Source of the DNA: Eledone cirrhosa
Taxonomy: Eukaryota
Direction of reading: 5' to 3'
Length of the DNA stretch: 64,000 nucleotides
NCBI GenBank assembly: GCA_964016885.1
Contig: OZ024742.1
Location: 17,174,001-17,238,000 of the forward strand
The position numbers and the translations under genes are program-made. Below, one piece after another: positions 13,301-26,394 of this stretch. Under the pieces are notes generated by a model. The model searched no databases. It saw nothing but the letters and a program-made list of their open reading frames with translations, and was not told the origin of the DNA. Position 1 is the first letter of the stretch, and each line of letters opens with the position of its first letter.

Positions 13301-13743
13301 TGAAATCTCACTTAGGATTAGGAAAGCAAGTGATGCTTTCGGAAAGCTACAAAGGCGACTCTGGGGTCGGCGAGACATATGCAGGAGGATATTGCTGTTG
13401 CACTTCCAGACGGCGAGAGTCCTCCTATGGTGCTGACATGCAGCGTCTGTGCGAGACTCTGCCTAAGCAAAGCTGGACTCGAAAGTCATCTTCGCAGTCA
13501 TAAAGTAAGACCAGTGGTTGACTACCAGGCTGCTGTTGGAGATGCTACTCATCATGCTTGCCAAACATGTGGTAGAGAATGTAAATCAGCAGGAGGGCTC
13601 AAGCGACATGCAAAAGTACACGAACTCCAACCACAGCCGACTATTCCCAGTGAATGTTTTGGTTGCCGACTCTGTGCAAGACATTTTAGATCATTGGCTG
13701 GGCTAAAAAGCCACATTCGATCGCAGCACTGTTAGTTGCTATC
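10347..13743 (+). mobile_element. RTE-clade LINE, near full-length, decayed
   Basis: WNVRTLLD..ERRTAL, SVYAPT, LGDFNARVG, TDHRL (APE). NYRGISLL, FVDLTKAFD, GVKQG, LYADD (RT). C-terminal C2H2 fingers and a (GT)n tail. Confidence 0.93.
10691..13735 (+). pseudogene. RTE ORF: APE-RT plus three C-terminal C2H2 zinc fingers
   Basis: Frameshifts near 10940 and 11060, a 782-aa open segment at 11088-13436, and a frame-shifting deletion near 13379 before the fingers CSVC..H..H, CQTC..H..H, CRLC..H..H. Confidence 0.88.
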
Positions 13744-13777
<34 letters not shown>

Positions 13778-13982
13778 GCTTATGTGCGTGTGTGTGTATA
13801 TATATATGAATATGTATATTATTATTGTTGTCGTTATTATTATTATTGCTATTATTATTATTATTGTTATTATTGTTATTAATGTATGTGTGTGTGTATA
13901 TGTGTGTGTGTAAGTGTATGTATGTGTGTATGTATATATGTATGTATATATATATATATATTTTTTTTTTTTTAAATTAATT

Positions 13983-14015
<33 letters not shown>

Positions 14016-14024
14016 GCTGTTGTT

Positions 14025-17000
14025 ATTCCTTGAATCTCAGTCATTGATGTTGGTTAACTGGAAAGTCCGTTGGATTGAATATCAAGCCACTACCTGCAGC
14101 CTCAGATATTCAGGACGTATCGGAGGGTTCTTGCTGTTCCAAGCAAGCATGCCTTTTGAAGCGTTCCAAAAAGCGTGAAGGGGCCGATTTTCTTTAACCA
14201 TCCCTGGAAACTTTTGGAGATAGTCCCCAGTGCGCCTATGACAATCGGGATCACTTTGACTTCATGGCAGTTCCAAATCCTTTTCACCTCCCACTTTAGG
14301 TCCTGGTATCGGTTAATTTTCTCCCTCTCCTTCTCTTGCACTCTCGTGTCGAACGGGCAGGCCACATCCACAATCATGCACGATCTTTTTTCTTTGTCCA
14401 CAACCACCAGGTCAGGTCTATTGTGTTCCAGTTTTTTGTCCGTCTGTATCCTAAAATCCCACAGCACCTTCACCTGATTGTTCTCCATCACCGCCTCTGG
14501 CCTATGCTCATACCATTTCTCAGAATGTGGTAAATTGTTTACTTTGCACAGGTGCCAGTGGATCACCCTGCCCATCACATCGTGTCTCCAGCCCTTATAG
14601 TGGGTCTGGGCTAGGTGTTTACACTCGGACACAATGTGAGCCACAGTCTCCTCTCTCTCTCCACAGATCCTGCACAGTGGGCTAGCCTCCTCCTTGTAGA
14701 TATGGTGCTTCAACCACTTCGTTTTGAGGGCCTGCTCTTGCGCAGCCATTAGCATTCCTTCTGTAGCCTATTTGAGGTCTCCTCTTCTCAACCAGTTCCA
14801 TGTCTGTGGATCTCTAAATTCAGTTTTCTCAAAGAAGGTACTATGAAGGGATTTTCCCTTAAGGCTGCTCTTCCTCCTTGATGTTATTTCCTCCTTGGAC
14901 ATCCCCTGGCCTACTGTCCCCTCCTTCAGTACAGTTCTGAGCATTGGCTCCTTACTATAGGTCACGTATTTGTATAGGTTGTTTTTCTCCATCTCAACAC
15001 AGTCCTCTATGCTGATAAGACCTCTTCCACCCTCAGATCTCCTTAGGTAGAGTCTATCGACATCACTCCTCTTGTGGAACATGTTGTAGATAGTCAATAG
15101 CTTCCTAGTCTTCCTATCCATTTCTTTTTGTTCAGCAACATTCCATCTCAGAATTCCCGCACTGTACCTAATAATAGACACAGCTCGGGAATTTACTGCG
15201 CTTATGGCATTTCTGCTGTTCAGATGTGACTTCAATACGCTCCTTACTCTCCGAATGTATTCAGTTCTTAACAATTCCTTCATTTTTTTGTTCTTTATGC
15301 CATCAGCCTCCAGAACGCCCAAATACTTGTATCCTTCCTCAGAGTCAATTTCCTTTATCATCTCACCTGTTGGTATCTGGATCCCGTTACTTCTGCTCAA
15401 CCTACCCCTCTTCATCACAATGACTCCACATTTACCAATACCAAACTGCATACATATATCACTGCTGAAAATACGGACAGTGTCAACAAGCACATCCAAC
15501 TCCTTCTCACTTTTCCCGAAGAGCTTAAGATCGTCCATGAAGAGGAGGTGATTGATGGTAAGCTCTCCCCTTCCCAACTTGTATCCTGCTCTCACTTTTC
15601 GCAGCATAATGGTCAAGGGCATCAGGGCAAGGACAAACAACAGAGGGGACAGGCTATCTCCCTGGAAGATACCTCTCTTGATCTTCACGCTTCCCAAGGA
15701 TACTCCAGTTGATGTCAACTCTGTCTCCCAGGACCCCATACTCCTGCCTAGCAACTGTCTGATGTTATCTGCCACCCTGAAGATCTCCAGGCTTTTGGTG
15801 ATCCAGGAATGAGGCACCATGTCAAATGCCTTTCTGTAGTCTATCCATCCCATGGCAAGATCAGTGTGTCTCCTCCTGCAATTCCCCATTACCATCTTAT
15901 CAATAAGTAACTGGTCCTTTGTACCACGTGACTTCTTTCGGCATCCTTTCTGTTCGTCCGGTAACAAGTTGTTTGTGTGGAGGTGATGGTAGATTTCCTC
16001 AGACACAATGCTCGTCAACAGTTTCCACATTACGGACAGACATGTGATAGGTCTATAGTTGGTAACATCATTACCCTTGATTCGGTCTTTCATTATCAGA
16101 ACTGTGGTACCTTTTGTCAACCACTCTGGCACCTCACCCGACACCAAGCAGTCATTGAACATGGCCGTCAGCTTCGGGTGGAGGGATGTTAAATGTTTAA
16201 TCCAATACCCCTGCACACCATCTGGGCCTGGTGATTTCCAGTTGGTTAGTTTTTTGGCCTGCCCCTTAAGAGTTTCAACTGTGATACTCAAATCAGTTTG
16301 TTGTTGTGCCTGCTCACCGATCTCCCTCTGTACTGTCTCAATCCACCCTGCCTGGGCATTGTGTCTAACATCCTGCTCCCATATTCCTCTCCAGAATGTT
16401 TTAGTTTGTTCCGCCCCAGGGATCAAGTCGTTGCCTCTTTCTTTCCCCTCAATCTGTCTAAACACCATCTTCTGGTTGTTGTCGAACATGCGGTTCTGTT
16501 TATACTGACTGACTCTGTTCTCGTATCGCCTGATTTTTGCACTCTTTGCTACAATGCGTTGCTTCAATTCCTCTATGATAATATTTAGCTTTTTACTCCT
16601 AGTTTTGTATTTTATTTCCAGTCTATTTTTAGTGCCTATGTTTTTTAGTGTCCCATTCAGTAGTGACTCAAGCTTTCCTATGTCATTTCTCATTTCCCCG
16701 ATTTGCCCACTCAGTCGCTTCTTCCACCACGGCTCTGCTCTTTCTTGTCTGTTGTTTCCTCTCGCTTTTATACCAAGTAGTTTCCTCACCGTATTTGCTG
16801 TTGCTTTGAGGATATTGTTGCACTGGTGAAGGCTCCTCGCCTCAAGGTATGGGATGACTTTGTTTACCTTAGCTGTTGTTTCTTTTAACTTTTTCCTGTC
16901 TACAAATCTTAGGTTCATAGGTCTCCCACTATCATTGTTCAATTCATCTACCACTAAATTTAGGATGTCAACCGAATCTTGTCCCAGCCCGTCAGCATTC

Positions 17001-17625
17001 ATCTCCTCAGAGGCCGTATCTCTGTTCCAGGTATTATTTATCTCAGTATTCAGATCATTGTCTGCTTCGGGTGGTTCCTCCGTTCTCAGGACCTCTTCAC
17101 CTTCATTTCCCACTGGCTCGCTTGTCTGGCATACTACACCCGCCATCTCCAAGCCATTCTCTCTGCTCAGTCCCTCCAGTTCCAGCTCGCTTATCCACCC
17201 ATTAGTTCTTATTACCCGAGCCTGCCCGGCCAATTTTTGTTCATCTAATTTAAATAAACCAATCTCGTTCCAGATGTTATGCATCCGTCTCCTGTAGCCC
17301 CTCTCCTTGGGGTTACTTTTCAGGTAGCATTGCATAACAGTTCTATTCAATTCTTTCGTCCAGTTGGTTCTGGCCCCTTTCCTTCTTCTTCTTCCTCCAA
17401 CATCAGCAGTATTTGGTTGACAGTCAGGTTCCTGCTGCTGAGCCAGGGGGCACCTGTTGGGTGAGAGTCTGTCACATGACGTTCTAGTCTCCATTTCACC
17501 GTTATTCGAACTGTTTATTTTCGATATTTAAACACTCTTATCGAGGATTGGCGAATGTATGGTTACATAGCCATCTGTGGATCCGCCATCCCACTTGGCC
17601 CTGGTGTGGCATCATCACCACGCTG
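14025..17625 (-). mobile_element. R4-clade (Dong-like) non-LTR retrotransposon with restriction-like endonuclease
   Basis: RT (NYRPITCL, DYRKAFD, GIFQGDSLSP, FMDDLKL), CCHC knuckle CRIC..ETVAHIVSEC, RHD, RPDLVVVD..VDVACPFD..EK. The 3' end abuts (TAA)n. The 5' boundary is approximate. Confidence 0.92.
14102..17494 (-). pseudogene. Dong-like single ORF (about 1130 codons) broken by one in-frame TAG
   Basis: The 908-aa and 217-aa ORFs are in the same frame: GDLK*ATEGMLMAAQEQAL, stop at 14768-14770. Confidence 0.9.
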
Positions 17626-18576
17626 TATATGAACACACATAAACAAACAAACACACAGGCAGAAAGGGCCCCAAAAATGAATAAGCATAAGTTTCATTGT
17701 AGTGTAGTGTTCGAATGTCTGACTTAGTTTTTGTTTTTTAAGTTTTACTTTTTCCCCCCTCTTCTCTGTCCGTCCGCCTGCTTCTCTCTTCATTCCTATT
17801 TTCTTTACGTTTTGGGGGTTTCTTTTTTTGTTTTTCTTTTTCTCTGTTTGTTTTTCTCGTTTTTGCTGTTGTTGCTGTGCTGCTTTGGTTTTGTTGTTTG
17901 TTTTTTCTTTTTTCTTTTGAGTCTATCTATATATTTTGATGCCTTCCTCTTTGTTAGTAGTAGGAATTCTATAATGTGGAAGTAGCAGCCAGCAGGGAGA
18001 AGTGGGAGACTGGCGGCGGTAGCGATACTGAGACAGTGGTGGCGGTGATGTCGACACCGAGGCAGTGGTGGCGGTGATGTGACCGTATTACTGTAGTGAT
18101 GGTGCTGTAGCGGTGGCAGCAGTGAAGGAGTCAAGGGGTGGTGGCGGCGGTGATGGGATAGTGGTGGTAATGATGGCCGTAGTGAGCGGTGAAGGTGAAG
18201 GTGAAAATGCCGTTATCTGGCTGTTGTGTTTAGTGTACACAGATGATGGGGTGGGTGGTGTATCTAGTTTCTGGTGTTGGTGAGTTTGGCTGTCCTATAT
18301 AGTGTAGACAGAGGAGAGGAGGGGGGGGGTTCTTCTTCCATTTATAGCCATTTTCTTTTTTGGATATACAGTGTACAATACAAAGTTGAATATTTGTTGA
18401 ATATTTGAGCCTTATAACAATATATTTTGGGTCCGAATTTTTTGGGGCTCAAGCCGGGTGCTTTACGTAGCATTTGTACTAAGAGTTGTTATTTCACAAA
18501 TGATTTAAATATGTTAAAAATTCAAAACTTACGGGAGCGATTTCATGACCTCCGTCACCTCGTGCGTCTTCTTCCC

Positions 18577-18629
<53 letters not shown>

Positions 18630-19011
18630 TTTTTTTTTTTTTTTTTTCTTCTCGTGCAATGGGCATACTCGATAACGAGGGGGAAGCCATCATATATGTA
18701 TGATTGTGTGTATGTATGTATATGTATGTATATATATATATATATATGCAAAAGTTCTATTTAAATTGTTGGGATACAACAAGCAAATATTTTTATAACT
18801 GATATAAAGCACTCAACAAGTATTTGGAGTAAACATACGATATTAACAAATGGAAACTATATTTATAAAACCATATTTATTTCATCATACACATTTCAAG
18901 GACACCAAGTTAAATTATGGTGTGCTTTCATCAGACAAAATATAATATAGATCAGTTTTATAAATAAATATTGACATACCCTTTAAAAATTAGTTTCCAT
19001 TTGTTAATATC

Positions 19012-19100
<89 letters not shown>

Positions 19101-19557
19101 TGTGTGTGTGTGTGCGTGTTTGTGTATTTGTGTGTATGTGTATGTATGGATATGTTGATATATATGTGTGTATGTATGTATGTGTATATGTATGTGTATG
19201 TAGATATATATATACATATATATATGTGTGTGTGTATGTATGTGTATATATATGTGTATGTATATATGTGTGTGTATGTAATTGTGTGTGTGTGTGTTTA
19301 TTTTTCCTTTCCTTCTTCCTTTTCCAGCCTCACTTTCATAAAGATTGTAATTTTGTTTTTAAAATTCAATGTCAAGATATTACACCAGGATTTTTTCATT
19401 CTCATGATTGAAAGCGAAATTTGTTTGCCTTTAAGAAACCACTGGTAAATGAAATGATTGCCTTATGTTGTTTATTACATAACTATTAAACTCTGTAACC
19501 TACATAGAGCACTCTTTTTTCCTGGACCTTTCCGATGGAATTACTTCATATACACAG

Positions 19558-19641
<84 letters not shown>

Positions 19642-19645
<4 letters not shown>

Positions 19646-19822
19646 GGATTCACAATTGTGAGGTTGTGAGTTCGATAGGTGGACCGGGCGATGCGTTATG
19701 TCCTTAGGAAGACACTTTATTTCACGTTGCTCTTTCTACCTGGAGTTGCGATAGTATTAGCAATTGGAAAGACCAATGGAAACATTGTTTCTTCGGTCCG
19801 ATTTGACGAAAGTCGATCGTTC
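19642..19822 (+). mobile_element. tRNA-derived SINE, family B (5'-truncated)
   Basis: B-box-like GAGTTCGAT. Homologous to the reverse complement of 33457-33672. Confidence 0.7.
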
Positions 19823-19827
19823 ATATA

Positions 19828-19886
<59 letters not shown>

Positions 19887-19954
19887 GTATATATATATGT
19901 ATGTATATATAGTCATATATATATGTACATATGTATATATATATATATATATTT

Positions 19955-20011
<57 letters not shown>

Positions 20012-20392
20012 GAGGGGAAGGGGGAAATGATATATATAAATACAATAGAGAGATAGTAATTCTTTTTTCAAAACTATTTCTTCTACATAAATTTTTAAAT
20101 AGTCATTTTATTGAAATTCTAAACCACCCGCCTTCACATTGTCATTATCTATCGGAATATTGACTTTTTATGAATTTAAAAACGTAAACATCTTGAGCAA
20201 TCCAGGGTTATCATTGAATGAGTTATTGATTTCAATTTCAGGTCGGATCTTCTTATGTCTTTTACTTTAGATATTATTTCTTAAATTTATCTAATTGCTT
20301 TGAAATAAGTATTATTATGTAATGAAATAATCGGATTCCCAATGAGTTTAGATTTCTGAAAAATATTAATGTATATGTGTATATATATATAT

Positions 20393-20510
20393 AGGTCTAG
20401 AGTCTGTCTCGGGCTCGGAGTCTCATCAGACCGATGCTTATCACGGTTTCCGCGGCGTGCTTCCCTCTGGACAGGATGCCAGTCCACCACAGGTTTAAAA
20501 CCCCACCTAT
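20393..20510 (-). mobile_element. V-SINE-like 3' fragment
   Basis: tggactggcatcctgtccag..gaaaccgtgataagc..gagacagac, shared with 26670-26790. Confidence 0.55.
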
Positions 20511-20526
20511 TACTGATACTCATTTA

Positions 20527-20622
<96 letters not shown>

Positions 20623-20705
20623 GGTGTGGGATGCTTAAAGCGTCCGTATGCGGTAGGCCGTTTGAACACTCGATGCTCTTATAGAGCAGAGTATAATATG
20701 ATGTA

Positions 20706-20926
20706 AGAAACGGAGAATCAGTGGTGCGACGAATTAAAATTTATTACACATTTCTTAGGCATTTTGGAAACTTTGCTTCGAAAGATTAAGACGTATCTGA
20801 GGATCTTGCGATTTCAGAGGTCAGGTTCGATCATCGCATCGATCGTGCCTCGAGCTGGTCGCCAGAGAAACGATTGTTATATGTCTAATAAATTTTAATT
20901 CGTCGCACCACTGATTCTCCGTTTCT
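20706..20926 (+). mobile_element. Hammerhead-containing PLE-derived mini-element bounded by perfect 41-bp inverted repeats
   Basis: 20706-20746 is the exact reverse complement of 20886-20926. The element sits between (TA)n tracts. Confidence 0.75.
20789..20886 (+). ncRNA. Type I hammerhead ribozyme with extended stem II
   Basis: Stem I AGACGTAT/ATATGTCT; CTGAGGA; stem II TCTTGCGA/TCGCCAGA; GAAAC; stem III ACGATTGT (self-complementary with G-U pairs); GUU cleavage triplet at 20876-20878. Confidence 0.7.
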
Positions 20927-20930
20927 CATG

Positions 20931-20987
<57 letters not shown>

Positions 20988-22024
20988 CATATATATATAT
21001 ACATATATATATATAGGTAACTTTTTTTTTTATTCCAGGACTATAAGACATCCCAAGACAATAACAAATTAAATTTATGGTGTAATTTAAATCTCAAGAC
21101 ACATGTCATGCTATGTTTAAAGGTATACATATCTAAATCTCCAGATACATGTTATCCTATGTATCTATTACAAATTATTTGTAGAATATCTTTGCAGAAA
21201 ATGTGTCAATTCATGCATATACTATCTGATTTCTGTACTTTCATAACAATTCCATTTATCGATTTGAGTATAATTAGATTTGTTAGAAAAAAAACCAATT
21301 AAGGTTCTTATGCCTGTGATGTTTTCATTGAACATTCTATGTAGGTCTCTGATAATAAAATTCAATTTTATGATGTCATCTGATGTAAGTGAAAACTTAG
21401 CTTTATAGCACATTAGTGTTACAATTTTACGATGAAATACTCTTTCATTCTTACTAACATGACGAACTAACATAAACCTCTTGTAATTAAATTCAATCCA
21501 AATATTAGTTTAGATAATACAATTATCCAAAATATATTTAGAGAAGAGGTGGTACTTACTACCGAAGGGAAGGAGGTGAAAGCACCCAGTTTTTAATTCA
21601 TGCTGATGTATCGATCATTTAATGAAATCATATATAAATTATTGCTAATGTTTCAACTCAAAGCACTCTTTACTTCACAATCTCACATTCTTACCTCCTC
21701 TGAAATATGGCTCAGGTTTTCTATACTTAAAGTAAAGAAATATTCTTGCATAAATTGTTAAAATTACTCACGGCTTAGAAACTAATCTTTATGCTGTTAT
21801 GTATTGTCATATGATTGATAAATAAAATTAAATTCTTGATGAAATAATTTTGTTTGCAATCTACCTAACGACTCGGGTTCTTCCATTACTACTATTACTA
21901 CTAGTTTTTTGACTTTGTAAATCTTAAAGTGAACAAAAACACTAAAGAATTAATTTATGTTTGTCTGAGTATATCTTATTTGACACTTATTGGTACTGCA
22001 ATCCAAAGTTTTTACTTTCATTTG

Positions 22025-22096
22025 AATCGATCCCAGTGTGTTACTGGTACTTTATTTTATCAACCCCGTAAGGATGAAAGGTAAAGCTAAACTCGG
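22025..22096 (-). mobile_element. Family A SINE core fragment
   Basis: actggtactttattttatcaaccccgtaaggatgaaagg. Confidence 0.65.
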
Positions 22097-22099
22097 ACG

Positions 22100-22348
22100 A
22101 CCGCGTGGAAGACGCACTGACGTAGCCACTCCACCCCGCGGGGATCGCACCCGCGGGCTGCAAACTCCGCTCCTATATTAGTGAGTAATGATGCGGTCCG
22201 GGAGCCATAAATGCCAGAAGTCTCCATTCTACAGGGTCTACAACAACCCTGTCAGAGAGCCTCCGATAGTTGGACAATTTGCCTTCTTCGGGTTGGTGGG
22301 CAACAGAGCCTGGGTCGGTTGCCGAATAATTAAAATAATTAAAATAAT
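22100..22348 (+). mobile_element. Unclassified GC-rich short retroposon-like insertion
   Basis: GC-rich island ending in hairpin ggcaac..gttgcc and an (AATAATTAA) tail. Shares ccagaagtctcca with the 68-bp repeat at 24.9-25.2 kb. Confidence 0.4.
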
Positions 22349-22843
22349 TCTCTTTATTGATATGCCAATGGGCATGAAACCACGCCTATATTCCGTGTTG
22401 GTCTATTTTTCATTAACCATTTTCAGTAGGGAGGTACCTCTGACGTTAATGTGCTTTTAAAAGACTTTCCTTAAGATCCTTTTTCATCTTTTCAAAACTT
22501 TAGAATTCTTCCCATTTTCTTTAACTCAATTTATCTATCTCCTTTTGTTTCTTTTCAAATGATCTCAGACTATTTCTCTCCTTGTTTACACCTATTATGT
22601 TTCTCCAATTCTCCATATATATATTTCTTCAGCCGCAGTCTTGTCGGTCTGTATGATATATATTTTTTGGTATTTTCTGTTCATAGAACAGCTTTTTTAA
22701 GTCTTGTTATTACTTGCCTCTAGTCTTCATTTACTTGGCTTTCTTTTTCCATTGCTATATTCTAATATATACTAAATTGTTTACCTTCTTTTCCTTTGAT
22801 ACTGTATTTTAGTGCTTATATATTATTTCATGTTTTCTATTTC

Positions 22844-22894
<51 letters not shown>

Positions 22895-22977
22895 ATGTGT
22901 GTATGTGTGTGTGTGTGAATTTCGTATATCTAAATAAATACGGTATGTTTATATATATACATATATATATATGTATA

Positions 22978-23055
<78 letters not shown>

Positions 23056-23123
23056 CGTATGCACACACACATATTTATGTATTTATGTATGTATGCACGT
23101 ATGCACGCATGTATGTATCTAAC

Positions 23124-23163
<40 letters not shown>

Positions 23164-23308
23164 TACATATATATATGATATATATACAAATATATATATT
23201 TATATATACATATATGATATATATATATAATATATATATATATATCTACATATATACACACACAAACACACACATATATATATATGTGTGTGTATATTTA
23301 TATATATA

Positions 23309-23384
<76 letters not shown>

Positions 23385-23659
23385 CTTCTCATCGGTACTT
23401 TTAAATGCACATCTTCATTCTCTTTCTTTGTCTATTTCATGTTCTTTATAAAAAAAAAACTTCTTCGATTGTTTTTAACATTTTTGCAGACGATTTTGCC
23501 TTCATTTGCATGAAATATCATAGTTATATCACGTTTTACTCATTTCTGGCTTAAACAACAAGAGACGGTATGGAACCATGTTAAGCTGCTGCTTCGAGTT
23601 ATATATACATATTGACATAACATATATTACTCTTATACTTTTCTACATATCAGGAAGTA

Positions 23660-23753
<94 letters not shown>

Positions 23754-23908
23754 TTATGTGTGTGTGTGTATGCAATACAAATTATGCCCTTTATGATCCA
23801 GTGCTTATATATATATATATATAATATATAGTATAAACAAAGTTTCATATACTTAGCATGTATCTGCTACCATTGGTTTTGGGGTCCATTCATACACACA
23901 CACACACT

Positions 23909-23985
<77 letters not shown>

Positions 23986-24102
23986 TTTTCTTTCTCTTCT
24001 TTCCTATTTTGTGTGGTGGGTTGGTAAAGTCATTAGGGCGTCGAATTAAGTGCTTCCGTATTTTTCCGTTTCGTTCCGCTGTTCTTTTCAAATCTTCCCA
24101 AG

Positions 24103-24432
24103 CAGGGTTGGATTTAGACATTTGGGAGCTCGGGGCCCTTAAGGTCTAAGGGGCCCCCCATACACAAAAAACTAGAATACACAGCAAACCCCCAATTTTA
24201 CATATGAAAATTAGCTTGGCGCAAGTAATTAGAATTATACATACAAGTATTAAATTCAAAATTTTCTAGCCACCATAAAACTAAAAAGCCCAGCTGAGGG
24301 CAGAAATGAATTGGCACGGCCGTCTCTGATGGGAGGCCCCACTGCAGGGAGCACGGTGCATGTGGATGGGAGGCCCCACTGCCGGGAGCACGGTGCATGT
24401 GCCTGCTTTCTACCTCATTAAATTCGGCCCTG
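24103..24432. mobile_element. hAT-type MITE
   Basis: TIRs cagggttggattta / taaattcggccctg. 8-bp TSD ttcccaag / ctcccaag. Internal 37-bp tandem duplication at 24328-24401. Confidence 0.8.
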
Positions 24433-24936
24433 CTCCCAAGATAAAATGTTGCCTTCATTCTTTCATGTTCAGTAAAAGAAATTACCAGTCAAGTGGTGTA
24501 TTGGTGGAATTCTTAATGAGTTGATATTTAACCCGGGGATGTTAATCTGAGTTCACCTTTACACTACTTCTGTCAGAAGATGAGAAGATATTATCTACAT
24601 AAAAAATACCAATAAAAATATTATTCTTTCTTCTCCCATTTTACACAATATTTCTTCATGCCGGTATAAATAGAATAATGTTAGCTACAATTGATATTTG
24701 TTTTTACTTCCTGTAGCAATTATCCCATAGCTGAGTTACGTGAAAGGAGATGTTTGTTCTAGAACACAATGTACCGTTTTGTCTAAGAATCGAACCCTTG
24801 ACTTTTAGACCTACCATCTGCAGTTAGTTACATCTTGTACATGGAGAGACAATGATATTAACTATAAACACTCTCGATGGGAGGAAAGATACAAACGACT
24901 TTTCCAAATAACGGTAGCTCTACAGGTTTGCAGTCG

Positions 24937-25178
24937 AGACTTCTGGTGTCTTTGGCTCTAGAGCATCCTCCCTACTCACAACCATTGGCATCCTGTAGCG
25001 GTGGAGACTTCTGGTGTCTTTGGACCCGGGGCATCCTCCCTACTCACAACCATTGGCACCCTGTAGCGGTGGATCCTTCTGGTGTCCTTGGCCCTAGGGC
25101 ATCCTCCCTACTCACAACCATTGGCATCCTGTAGCGGTGGATCCTTCTGTTGTCCTTGGCGCGAGAGCCACCTCCCTA
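24937..25178. repeat. 68-bp tandem repeat, about 3.5 copies, inside a GC-rich insertion (about 24875-25345)
   Basis: cttctg(g/t)tgtc recurs at 24940, 25008, 25076 and 25144. Confidence 0.85.
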
Positions 25179-25738
25179 AACACCACCAACGGCATAGAGA
25201 TGGCTACCCGCAGGCGTGACTGTGTGAGCTGGAATGACCTTCCAACGAAACGTCTCGCTCAAAATCCTTCGGGGAAAAGCCTTCTGATTCTGAATTCTAT
25301 CTACCAGGACGGTTGGGTAGCCAAAGCGTGGGCGCCCATTTGCTTATAATAGTGTTTATACTTTTGGCACAAGGCCAGCGATTACCCCAGTGCATCACTG
25401 GTACTTTATTTTATCGACCTCGCTTAATAATAGTGAGAGATGGGGAGAGATAGAGATACGGAGGCAGTGAGAGAACATCAACTGACAGAGACAATTGTTA
25501 AGACTAGGCGATACAGGTTGTTAGCTTGTCAGATTGCGATATGTAAAGACAGGTATGTTTATTCCACTCACAACGTGATGGTTGTTATTACGTATACAAT
25601 CAGTAGTCAATATTTGCGGTTTATACACACATATTTATCTATTTCCTGTTTATTAGGTCGTTTACATCTTGATAACTCTCTGTGTTTTGTTTTGGTTTTT
25701 GGTTACTTTTTTCTTTCTTCCATCATTATTTATTTAGA

Positions 25739-25931
25739 GGGCGGTGAATTGGCAGTATCGGTAGAGGGTCAGACACCATGCTTTGACGCATAGAGTTACG
25801 GCCCTTGCCATTCTGAGTTCAAATCCCGCCGAGGTTGACTTTGCCTTTCATCCTTACGGGGTCGATAAAATAAAGTACCAGTAATACACTGGGTAATTGC
25901 TGGCCTTGTGCCTAAAGTAGAAACAATTATT
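25739..25931 (+). mobile_element. tRNA-derived SINE, family A, full length
   Basis: A box TGGCAGTATCGG, B box GAGTTCAAATCC, core gcctttcatccttacggggtcgataaaataaagtaccag, ATT tail. Confidence 0.9.
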
Positions 25932-26103
25932 TATTTATATATTTATTTATTTATTTCTCTTTCCTTTATTCATTATATATATATATAATATATATATATA
26001 AATAATATATATATATATATACATTTAAATATGTGTATACATATACATACATATATATATTATATATATACATATATATATTATATATATATAAATATAT
26101 ATA

Positions 26104-26183
<80 letters not shown>

Positions 26184-26331
26184 TAAATATATATATATGT
26201 ACATATATATATATATTTATATAAATATGTATATATATATTACAATACACACACACACACACACACACATACACACACATACACACACACACATATATAT
26301 ATATAGAGATATAGAGATATATATAAATATA

Positions 26332-26394
26332 CAGGGTATCCCAAAAAATGTATACACTTCTGTTGAAGTGTGTATACATTTTTGGGACACCCTG
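26332..26394. mobile_element. 63-bp Tc1/mariner-type MITE
   Basis: TA-cagggtatcccaaaaaatgtatacac...gtgtatacatttttgggacaccctg-TA. Confidence 0.75.

Noticed and set aside
17500-17625. HDV-like ribozyme at the Dong 5' UTR
   Set aside because: Only one hairpin (ggatggcggat/attcgccaatcc) was found, and no nested double pseudoknot could be built by eye.
20415-20455. Hammerhead from GAAAC..GTC/CTGATGAG on the minus strand
   Set aside because: There is no stem I or closing stem II. It is the ordinary 3' part of a V-SINE-like element.
21222-21750. Host exons on the minus strand (GTAAG donors near 21555 and 21692; 83-aa ORF)
   Set aside because: No recognisable protein motif or consistent exon chain.
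25195-25345. HDV-like or hammerhead ribozyme in the GC-rich insertion
   Set aside because: A P1-like stem and GAAACGTC are present, but no P1.1 GG/CC, J4/2 or CUGANGA could be placed.
25739-25830. tRNA gene
   Set aside because: A and B boxes are present, but there is no full cloverleaf and it is followed by the SINE core and tail in multiple copies.
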